Shown: positions 52,959 through 63,919, numbered from the stretch's first letter. The stretch is 64,000 bases of DNA from Botryllus schlosseri (GCA_051294905.1 CM119371.1:38316001-38380000), one strand, 5' to 3'. Notes: generated by a model from the letters alone, not told the origin. Numbers and translations are program-made.

Positions 52959-55891
52959 TTAGGAAGGACAGTACTCGCACGCGTAAAAGGCCGTCCCAAC
53001 AGCATCTCCGAATTGGATCGAACTGTAAGTGCTACCGAACGTAGTGGCGGTTACGGCATTATCCCCGTCCCCGATCAGAGTCGTTCCGCTGTCTTCTTCG
53101 TAAGGTGACGTGACGAATTCTGACCCAGTGGAATCCTCGACCCATTCAAGTTCAACAACCGAAGCACCATCCACGTTGGTGTCAAACAAAGGCAACCAAA
53201 CTGTCCCTGACAATCCCAAGTGGTCCCGCAAGAGCGCTCTGAAATTGAAACCGATTTGAAATAACATACCGGAGGCAAATCATCGGTGGTATCTAATGAT
53301 CATGACTAGGAATGAACAGAATCGACCACCTGACCACCCCTATTCCGAATCACGTGTTAGGCTTCGAGTCGTGTAGAATACCGAGTCACACTTATTGTGA
53401 CGTCATGGCAGTACGAATTATGTGGAAGATATGTCCACCTTGACCGCAACGAATACAATCTCACTTCAACATCGCATTAAAGACAATTTGATCCATCCCG
53501 ACCAGATCTATTTCTATGCACATTGCGACAATGTCGTGGGTTGGTTACGACATGACAGAAAACAAATTGTTATTAACGAGGGTCACAGGTTGGTACAAAA
53601 AATATCCTTTTTTCCGGATCCCGGGGACTCACTGATTAAAAGTTATAGGTTGCCTAAAACACGCTGCACGCCAAGTTTCGCTCGATTCAAACCAGTACAC
53701 GCCGACGCAGAGGTAATTGAAATTTTCGAATTTACTGTGAAAAAAATTCAAATTTTACTGTAAATCCCACGAAATTGTTGAGTTGTCTACAAAAACGATG
53801 CGAAACAAAATTGACGCAATCACAACCCGTTTGCGGCTGAAAGTTTTGGATTCGCAAAAATAGTAATTAAGGTGAAAAATCCCCGAATCATGAATGAAAA
53901 ACTCAAAAAATTTGCGCATAATTTATTCGGCATCGTTTTGGTAGAGGGCTCAACAATTTTATGAAGTTGCCAGTAAATTCTGATTTTTTCTTCTCCATTT
54001 TTTTTTTATAATAAATTCAGAATTTTTAATTTATCCTTGCGCCCAGCCCATTTCGTGGTGCATTAGCGTTACGATTCTGTGATTTCATGACGTCACGTAA
54101 AACATGACGCGTTACTTACGCACGATCAGCGGCAGTCCTGACGTTCTTATGAGCAAGGGTAGCGCCTTTATCCTGACAATATGCAAGCGCTGCGGAAAAT
54201 CCACTTGGGACTCCTGGGGCCTGATAGCGACATCCTTTGTATTCCTTCCAATCCTTGAATTCGTCCTGTAACATCACAGCGTTTTGTAAGATTCCGTACG
54301 TAATTTAAGAGGCCCCGATAGTGAAAGTTAGAAATACGATCGCACCTACCCAGTGTTGAGAGCAATTCACTACTAGCGATTCAGAAGCATATTTTGACCT
54401 TGGTCAAGTCACTTAAATATAGAAGGTGATATGACTCAAGTGAAGTCACAGCGATGTAAAGGGCAAAAGCAAAGCAATATAATAATGACTGTAATACAGA
54501 CCGAGTTGCTATATATTTTGAATCAAGTAAGGAGTTGATACTGATTTTGAAAAGAGCGCTGTATCGTTTGCATATGCATATACCTGTTAAATTACATTGG
54601 TAGCTATCCGTCCATAAGTCTGCAGTATATCATTATCAATCAAAATAGAGGATAGCTTACGAAACCTCGAAAGGTAAAAACAAATCGATATGAGGCTATA
54701 GAAAACCAATGTTAACATCCATGAGACAACTAAAGTCGCACCAATTGTTGGCGAGTACTATAATTTAAAAAACCATATTATATATTCGACTTTAATGATA
54801 CAAAACGGTTTCTCAAGTATAATAAGAGCACATACTGCCTCTTTAATGACTTCAACTTTGACACATTTCTGAAAGGCTGAGTTAAGTCAAATGAAATCAA
54901 GTCGTTTTTGCTAAGTGACTCAGATCAAGTCAATTCATGTGATAAAGTTTACTCGGTCCGACAAGAGTCAAAATATATCTGGAGGCCCCTAAGACTCTTT
55001 TTATCGCGTCGTCAAGTATTAATTCTACAAACCGGAAGCGGCGTGGTCGTGTCTGACGCCATCGTAGTCGTCGTAGTCGTCTCTTGCGAACGTAAACCTG
55101 CGAAAAATTATAACTTGTCGCTAGACGACGGAAGTGATTTGAAATAAAATCTATCCGTTTCGTCAATTCACGACTTCCCGTGCCAAGGGTCCACGACATC
55201 TCACTTTATTTTGCCTACCCTCCCTTTTGACGTACGAGATTATTTCGTCTCATATACATAGCTCATCGCTCGGTCACTAGCGACAGTGCTGACCTTATCA
55301 GGTAGATAATCAGGCCGATGTATTAGGCAACAACTATAGACCTATGATTGGACCGTCATAAAAGATGTCTTTTTAAGTCATCATCCCATACATTTAGCCG
55401 TTAGGGGGTTAACTCATCCACCCACAGAACCTTGGGAATATGCGAGGAAAAAGTCCAGGAATCAATGTTCTGGATGAGAACAAATCTTATTTTGTGTCAG
55501 CCTTTCCGGCAATAATCGTCTGAGGTCTTAGTTCATACTTACGATTGATCAGTTGCGCCAACACGATTATTCGCACGAGCCGCTCCGTGTTGATCGTATT
55601 TCGTGGGGCCGGTGTTGCGTAGTACCTCTGATCGTTGGTTTGGACCCCCGTGTACTGGAACAATAATTATTCGACAAATTCATCATAAATCTAAATAAAG
55701 GATTGCTTGCTCTCACACACGCGCACTCGCTATCAGACTCACCGCTTCATGTCTAGTTTCGGGCTCGTCCGATGATGCTGCAATAGAAAAATGCTTTCAG
55801 AATGATGGCGTCATCGATTGATTCGTCCGTAACACTCACCTCGAATACAGATGACAGTCAGAAGAAAAATGAAACTAGCAACGAATCGCAT
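52959..55891 (-). CDS. Secreted C-type lectin-like domain protein, paralog 3 (6 exons, 229 aa)
   Basis: Exons 55891-55840 (MRFVASFIFLLTVICIR), 55777-55743, 55654-55543, 55097-55033 (donor GTTTGT), 54265-54120, 53238-52959. Same phases; 690 nt open. Confidence 0.88.
53722..54022. repeat. Imperfect inverted repeat (about 100-bp arms) in intron 5 of paralog 3
   Basis: AAATTGTTGAGTTGTCTACAAAAACGATGCG (about 53772-53802) is near reverse-complementary to GGCATCGTTTTGGTAGAGGGCTCAACAATTT (about 53929-53959); the arms extend further with gaps. Confidence 0.6.
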
Positions 55892-56184
55892 CTCTCACGA
55901 TTGCAGAACTACTGATATATATTTGGATCTGTATTGGAATTGGAAGCTAATTCAAGTAAAGCGACACTCATACAGAAGTTATTGTGGTGTGTGGACCCGG
56001 TTTGTAGCAGCGATCTTATTAGAACACAGGAAGAAGCTCGAAACGACTTGAAATTGATTTTCTTTCTTGTTTTTGGAAACGAGAGAAAGGAATCTTTTTC
56101 TTCAAGCAGCCCGCATAATTCAACTACATCAAATCGAAATATAATTCGACCTCGTACGCACACATGTCTTCGTCGTTCAACTAC

Positions 56185-56345
56185 CATAACATTGGCATGA
56201 GTTACATAATAACACATCGCTCCATCAAGTATGCCGGACCATACCTGTGGAACAGTATCTTGTCGGCTATCCGACATTCGTCGACACTGCCAACATTCAA
56301 GACTAAATGCAGGTTGTTTCTACTAAATATTACGAAACAGCCCTT
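56185..56345 (+). mobile_element. CR1/L2-group LINE ORF2 3' fragment
   Basis: SIKYAGPYLWNSILSAIRHSSTLPTFKTKCRLFLL matches the C-terminal Y.G..LWN.L...I....SL..FK motif of CR1/L2-type RT ORFs. Confidence 0.7.
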
Positions 56346-56411
56346 AACGTGATGAGGTCACGATGTGACATAACAACCTCGCCTACCGACGCATGTCACA
56401 TTCATTTTCAT

Positions 56412-56901
56412 GGGAAGCAAGTGGCGCAGTTAGTTAAGCGCCAGCGTCACGACACCAATGGTGGTGGTTCGAATCCCGGTTCGGACTAGTTACTATGAGT
56501 TGGAGGTTCTATGGGCGCCTCATCGCCGACCTCACTGCAGTCGCAGTGACTTGAAAAGCCCAGTCAGTCAGTCGGCCGGCAGCAAAAAGAGACGATGATA
56601 AAGCGCGCGTGACAGAGACTGCCTTAAGAGAGTGCCTGAGAGAGTGCAAGAACGAACATTCAAGAGACGAAGAAATGCATATTCATTGTACTGTATAACT
56701 TGTAATGCAGTCGGCAGCAAAAAGAGACGATGATAAGGCGCGCGTGACAGAGACTGCCTGAAGAGAGTGCCTGAGAGAGTGCAAGAACGAACATTCAAGA
56801 GACGAAGAAATGCATATTCATTGTACTGTATAACTTGTAATGCAGTGGAGCACAAAGCCTTAAACAGGCTATAAGCACCACTGACGTGAATAATAATAAT
56901 A
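56412..56901 (+). mobile_element. tRNA-derived SINE with internal tandem duplication and LINE-like (AAT)n tail
   Basis: A-box TGGCGCAGTTAG, B-box GGTTCGAATCC, 3' hairpin AGCC-TTAAACA-GGCT, (AAT)n tail; perfect 14-bp TSD ACATTCATTTTCAT (56398-56411, 56902-56915). Confidence 0.88.
56577..56846. repeat. Direct tandem duplication, 2 x 135 bp
   Basis: 56577-56711 vs 56712-56846 differ at 2 positions by my count. Confidence 0.92.
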
Positions 56902-57735
56902 ACATTCATTTTCATAGCTTGTTCATATGATTGCTTTTCATCCATTGTGCATGCCTTTTATTTACGTGCTCCAGGCCAAGGTGGTCTTTTCAGATTTAGA
57001 GACTAGCCCGAATCGTTTCGACATCTTCTTATCTAATCATTATGGGACAGTATTGTGCTGCTTTGATCTGATGAAAATTTCAATAACTGACCGCGTGACT
57101 AGCTGACTGACTGACTGGTATTCAACAATCGGGTCGATACTGCGTTGCCGATGCCACGCACAGGTATTACTTTTACGACAGAGGTGGAATCAGGCCGTGT
57201 ACATCAAGTCCGAACCAACAATAAACGGGCAGGTTCAAATTCGAAATATTATTGATGCGTCACAGCAAAAATGCTAGTTTACAACCAGATCTTTACGAAA
57301 ACTCTAATGAGGCAGCCAGCCGCCAAAGGCTCCTTGTAAATGATCGTCAACTCGGAAACTCAGCAGGTTTTAAGCAATCTTAATCTATTTGTACATACAG
57401 GCATTTTTTCTTCTCTCTCGTTGTTAAAAACTTTTGCAAGGCGCTTTTTCATCGCCTTCGACAAAAAAGTGTTCGACAGAATCTGAAACTATTGATGTCG
57501 CCAAATAAGCAACATTTCAGTGGTTGACCCAACTTTACCTATAGTTGTTTTCTTTTAAACACGAGGGACGGGATACTGCGAACTTAAAACGTCCTAACTC
57601 TCGTCAGACTAAACGAAAATCCCATTTCATTCGTTGAACGTAACCCGGAATGCGCGATAACCACTGCGGTTTTTAGATAATTTGTAAATTGAAGTTGTTA
57701 ATCGCTTTTAGTCCCAAAGGACTCTGGGATAGAGT

Positions 57736-58234
57736 TAGGGTTGCATTTAAAAAAAGCGGTATTTTAAATCACTTTTTTTTAAAACATGTTTTATACAGTG
57801 TTCTAAACAAATGCCTTAAAAAAAATTATGTTTTTTCAGACGTTGTCTAATTATGCCATAATTGAGTAGACAGTTTCGAAAAACCATGTAGCATGAGCCT
57901 AAGGACGATTTGCACTTAGAACAGTCGACGTATACGATATGGGGTAGCTAGAACCCTCGAAATCGTTGACGTTTCAGCATGTAGAGATCATTGGTACGGA
58001 ATAGCTGTTCCGATGATGATGAACGCCGACCGAAAAAATGCTACATAACGATGTTCCCGGTTAATGATATTTTTGTTCTGTTTATCACAGTGGTCGGAAG
58101 CCCGTTTCGTCGAAGAAGCCATATTTACCCTGTATTTTCAATTGTCAATGCCAATCCACAGTGACGTCACAATTAAATATTCGTGACGTCATGGCTTGAA
58201 AGAAAAATTGATTTTTGCTTTAAATGCAACCCTA
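57736..58234. mobile_element. MITE (TAGGGTTGCATT TIR family) upstream of paralog 3
   Basis: Perfect TIR TAGGGTTGCATTTAAA; TSD GATAGAGT / GATAGCGC (6/8); homologous to 17420-17842. Confidence 0.8.
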
Positions 58235-58862
58235 GATAGCGCGATGGTAGTTTGCGTTTTCTTAGCAATTTGGAGAGTTATTCACTTCCAAATTGAGATT
58301 CCGTTGTATGGTGGATAAACTGTCAGAATACTGGTCGACGTAAAACGCGAAGGAGAACGCCTATTTGAAATAACGTCAGTGATTGCTGAGCTGTTATACG
58401 GCATCTTTTACTATTGCTATTTATAAATCGAATTCGAGGACTGCATTTTGTGAGAGCTGTAAAGCTCTTCTGAAATGATTTTATTTATCTCTATAGAAAT
58501 CTGGCAGACAATGTTACATTAGAACACTTTCTAAAAAGTAGCCGGCGGCTTTTCGACCGTTCAGGAAGGCAGTGTGGTCGAGGTTTGCCTTTATCAGCTA
58601 ACAAGAACGCCTTTCCACGGAATTCACCACGTCGACAGATCATATCGGAAAAAGTCGACAGTGATCGATTCAATAACTGCATGCCAAATTACAGCACGCG
58701 ACACTTTTCACTTCAACTGGAATTTTGTTCGCGCTCGCCGCGATGTACCTCTAATTCATAGTTATTGCTCTGTGTATAATCCGAATTTCATAATTGAGAT
58801 TTGTCTTATCAAAATTCGTAACTTTCCATGTCGTCACACTATGCGTTGGGTGGTTGCATTTT

Positions 58863-59144
58863 TTTTTTGTTTTTTTTTTTGTTTTTTTGGGGGTATTTAC
58901 GGTGTTTGTCAACTACTATGGTAATTTACACCAGGCCGATATTCTTCCTTTTTTTCCGTAACTGCCGACTTATAGCACGGCCCACCTCTAGGCTTTTGTA
59001 AGACACCGCTGACGCGGATGAGGTGGCGAGGAGGAGCCTAGGTAAACCTCCAACACTTAGGTATCGGAATTCGGAAGTCGACCTCGGTCCCGCACCCATT
59101 GATGTTGCAGCCGCGGACTATACCACTGCGCTATCTCGCCACTA
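58863..59144 (-). mobile_element. tRNA-derived SINE (same family as 28685-28947)
   Basis: Reverse-strand head TAGCGCAGTGGT, A-rich tail (T-rich on the + strand), TSD TGGTTGCATTTT on both sides. Confidence 0.82.
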
Positions 59145-62100
59145 TGGTTGCATTTTGTGATATGACGATAAGAGGGGTGGCGGCGCGAAATTTTTCACTA
59201 GCCGTGCCTAAAAAGTTTGAGAACCACTGCATCGAGGAGATATTGACAATAAAATTTTGATTGCATATATGGAATGTGGTTTGCAATGAGACATCTTAAA
59301 CTGTTCATTTTTTTAAAAACAGCGTTTTAATAATAGGGGCGTCTGGCAAATCAATGAGCTGCTCTTCTTCAAATGTCTAGACAAATCGTATATGATGACT
59401 CCCTAAATATGTGTGTTCTGTGCATCGTTTCAGACGATCACCTTTTATTGGTAGTGAGAAAATGTCTGATGGGCATTAGTATTAGGGTTTGTATATGTTC
59501 TCTATATTCGTGACCGACTCATATACAAGAGTGTGGGTGGAGATTTGAATTAACAAAAGATTCGGTAATGTGACTGAAATCGTTGCAAGCCCAGTTATTG
59601 ACCAAATTTGGGAGTGTATGGCGTGATTACCGACTAGGACTTAGGAAAATTGAGTATACCTCAGTGGTCCGATTCTGAATCCGTGAATCCGCTATTGAGC
59701 TTCGAGCCGAGTCGAAAGTTAGAATAGTGGTAATTATGACGTCATCGCAGTATGAATGATGTGAGATGGTAAAATATGTTCCTAATTTTTTACCACAAAG
59801 GCTGCAACGCCAGTTCTACTTCACATTGAAGTTGAATGGATATTTTTGATCATACTTATTTCATTTCATTTTGTAACAAACCTGTGGTACAATCACGACT
59901 TCGTGGGTAGGCCCACATCATTTCTACTAATGTGCATATTTATGCATATTTCGTATGTTGCGACACGGCCAATCTATGTTTATAGCTTCCACAGCAGAAA
60001 TAGTATCGAAATTATAATTATCGGTGATCTATACTGTGATACTACCGAAATTTGAATCTGTACAGAAACAATATGTTGTTCATGTGACCGAAATAGACTT
60101 GCGCGGAGTTAATGGGTAGGCCAAGCGAAAATCAAAATCTTCTCTACAATTAACCCGATCGGTGTGCGGCGTGTTCCGAGTTGAGCTAACAATTATCGGC
60201 GTGCTCATTGGAAATGGCGGTTTGATAATCCGCGATAAGGGCTTGTCGAACAACATGTACAATGTACATGGAAACAGAACTGTTATCGTTATATTAACGG
60301 CGCCGGTATTTTATACGGAATCGTGAGCTTCCCTATCAGCCCACTTCCGCGAAACGTGAACCTTTACCGATATCCTTTTAAATTCGATATTTTAAAACAG
60401 TCCGCTCACTGCTGTACTAATGCTATTCTGTTGTCAAATACCGATTCTATGACACTTTAATATAACATGTGATCACTCATTTATCCAGCATTAAACTGCT
60501 ACATTGACGGAAACTCAAAACACGACAACTAGTTTTTTTATTCGTGGCGACTTCTTACAGACGAGCGTCATAACCACAGAGAGGGAAGGATTTCACCACC
60601 AGATGTATTCGGACTCAGAAAGTACCAAGTCCGTTTCGTCTGTATGTTATGCTGAAGCCAAATGACCATAATGAAAAATAGTAAAACCAATGGACATACG
60701 TATGTGAAGAGACTCTCGGAGGTAAATGCCTTGAATATACAATTGAATAATATATTCATATTTAAATAAAACCGAATATTGTCGACTGATACTGGTAAGG
60801 AGTAGTTGTCATCTACTAGTGCAGAATCGAAAAGAACTTTGTCGTATCACAAATGACATCACTGGCAGGAAAGTTCGTATCACTGAGGCAAACAGATTTC
60901 AATGTACAATTATTGCCAAAACAGTCGAATTACAAGAACTGTACAAACATAACTGTGTTTACTATGAATATGAATACAAATGGAATGAGCCTACTTGTTA
61001 GTCCATAATATAAAAACATTTCGTTACTTTGTCTAGTGTGGCAATAAAGGTATATAGAGCTTGCTCAGAGGGCGTCGAGACAAAAACGTTTGGGAGACAC
61101 TGCTTCAGAACAAAGCATACGTATTTCACACAAATACGGGGATAAGAACCATGTAACATTGCTTATCTGCATTTCTCGTGCCAGCCACGAGGGGCCATGA
61201 AAGTCCCGTCTAATGTTCGTGCTTTATGACGCGATCGTGTTTCGAGACTATGTTTGTGAATTGCTATACTGGTGCAATTGTTTACTCGAGCTTTATCGTC
61301 AAAGTTTATCAGGATACGTTCCGTTAAAACAGTATCCCGGGGCGATCAAATAAACAATCGGGTGATATTTTAATTAAGTCCTCTACTTGCGTCAGCACAT
61401 TATCGAACTATCGATTAAAATGTTGAAAAGCGCGAGAATAGCATAACACTCAACAAACGAAATTGGGATGTCACGTGATTTAATGACAAGGGATGTCGTT
61501 GTGTTTAGGGATTGGCACAATGATTTGAATACTTGAATCTGAATTTAGGGTTACTCTTAATAATTCCAGCCAGGTAGTGTGAGAGAGGAGCTCTTCGAGT
61601 GTTGATCGTATATGTTGCCTGTCACTAAGAGTTAACTTCGTACCTCAATCTGTGTGTCTTGGAGTCGAATTTTATCAAAATACACCAGCCAAGGCTGTGT
61701 AAACCAGAGGAGTTCCTGTACCATATAAAATTGAACGCTCTCTCATTCGAAATTTCACGCTGGTGACGTCATATTTTGTGTTACAATTGTTGATATACAA
61801 TGTTCCTTCCAATTCTCTACGGGTTGCTGACGATTACCCCTGACGAGTGTCAGCCGAAAATATTCGGGCTTATTTCAATATGAATGTACTATTCAAGTGT
61901 ATATTGACGTTCTGTATCTCCGAGAAGGTCTTCAACGAGAATTATAGTTTCGATGCCATTTTCCACAGTAAAAGCCTTGAAATTACAGCGGTTTACGTCA
62001 AAACATACGAAACTCTTGGTGCAATGATACCCACTCTAGCGGAAGTGACATATTGTTAAGTTGTATTTAACCCACAGCATTGTTGCAAAGTGCAATGAAA

Positions 62101-62995
62101 CATGTATGATCATAAATTACCTTACGTTTAATGTGGAACTGACATTTTGTTCATTGTGGTCGCATAAATGTACAGTACATATTCTAACTTTACACAACAC
62201 TTTTATGACGTCAAAAAGAGACACACTCGCATACCCTACTCGACTCGAAGTCTACTATTCGAATCTTAAATGCTCAGGTAGCCTACGCGACATTTTTCTC
62301 TGATTCACAGAGTGACGTTTTTCGCCGCAGGGCCGTTCGATTTAAAGTGAGAAATCCCAGCCGCCGTGTCATTACAGAATCTCAAGCGAAGACCGTGCCT
62401 GTTAGAAAAACGATCAGTAGAAATGATTTCGCCCGTAATTAAAAATCAATAATTATCTTTATCCGGCAAACGACGGATAAGACGCTATAAGAAATATGAC
62501 ACATCTCGGTGTGCGGAAAAGGGGTGAGAAAATAGTTAATATTAGTTATAATATATTAAAAATACAGATCAGTAGTGCTTCTTACCGCAAGCGGTTTTGG
62601 CATTGCTGCGAAACGCTGATCTCCGCTGACGACATTCATTCAAGACCATGAATTATACCACTACAAGCAAGATTAGTTAATGATCTGGATTACCGGTCAA
62701 TTTTACTGCGCAGAGCAAATCACACATCTCAACAAATACAGTTAATACATTTCCTTGTTCCAAGATCCGGCACGTTGCATATTTAATTACGATCAACTCG
62801 TCTGTCACTCGGAATTCAGTTTTTAGCATCTAGGCTAGTAACTGATATGTAAAAAATCTTCGACCAAACAGTATATGTTTCGATGGCCTAATCACATAAA
62901 GAAATAATGTAACAAAATTGGTATACAACCAGTCTCTTGGAATATGCAGTGGCGATGCTGTCCAGAGTGGTAACATTGGAGGCTGTCGTCTAGAT

Positions 62996-63919
62996 CAGTG
63001 GTTCCCAAATTTTTTTAGCTCGCGGATCGGTAAAATTTCAAAAAATATTTGGCGGACCGGTGCAACTTCAAAAATTGAAATCAAGTAAAAATGTAAAGTG
63101 GAAAACCGTCTTTCTCTAAGTATGGTATTTGAGAGCGACATTTTGAGTCTTTTCTTTGTAATTAAATATGTTCATGATGGTATTCATGTAATACTGTAGT
63201 ATGTCTGCAGAGTCGAGGTAAAACTGCCTTGCACAGATGAACGTGCTACCGCCGAAGGCCGTGAATGAAACGACTGTATGCCAACTAGAATAATATTCTT
63301 TTCTTCGACAATATCTAGAGGAAAAGTATTTGAGCGTCGGACCTAACACCTTGGTACAGACATTATCCACTGCCACTATAGACGTATTACGAATACAATG
63401 ACCCACACAAACACCTGTCAACAGCGACACCCGGAAATCCAAATCGAATGATCGTGTAAACTGCGCGATTTATGTAGTCAGTTCGGAGTTTACACTCGCG
63501 TGTCGTCACTGGAGACGGCGTTAACTTCAACTCAAATCGAACATGTTCCCAGGACTAATGTTATCTCGCAATGCTGTATGTTATGGAATTGGTGAAGCTC
63601 TCCATCAGGTTGTAGCTTGATATCTTAAATTCCTCTATCAAATGGCACGCCCTCAACATCTTTCATTTTTTAATCAGGGGTTACAGTTACAAAGTTTCAT
63701 TCTGCCTGGCGGACCGGTAGAAAAGTCGTCGCGGACCAGCACCAGCCGGTTGAGAACCACTACTGTACGTTATGAACTGGTGAAATTTTCAGTCAGTTTT
63801 TTACTTAATGCTTGAATTATTTTATCAAAGGACACGCCTTTAGCATCGTGCCTTTTGTTATTACGGATTAGGATTATAAAGTTTATTATATCTTGCGGAC
63901 CGGCGGTTGGGAACCACTG
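62996..63919. mobile_element. hAT MITE cluster
   Basis: Left TIR CAGTGGTTCCCAA after GTCTAGAT; two right-TIR-like ends (GGTTGAGAACCACTA about 63760, GGTTGGGAACCACTG 63919). TSD degenerate. Confidence 0.5.

Larger units (their letters stand above)
1550..61200. repeat. Tandem segmental duplication array (three full units of about 21-23 kb plus a partial fourth)
   Basis: Mostly collinear homologous non-coding blocks: 1600-1870 / 24090-24380 / 60080-60400; 2540-4330 / 24810-26530 / 45340-46930 / partial 60760-61150; 6070-6500 / 27230-27650; 7530-8230 / 28950-29700 / 52200-52750; 19500-22900 / 40100-44200 / 57240-58760. The lectin stop codons are 21,462 and 23,241 bp apart. Confidence 0.85.

Noticed and set aside
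56412-56490. tRNA-like sequence with A and B boxes
   Set aside because: No acceptor-stem pairing or clean anticodon arm; it continues into a SINE body with tail and TSD.
56568-56945. 125-aa minus-strand ORF with an internally duplicated peptide
   Set aside because: It is the antisense reading of the 2 x 135-bp duplication inside a SINE.
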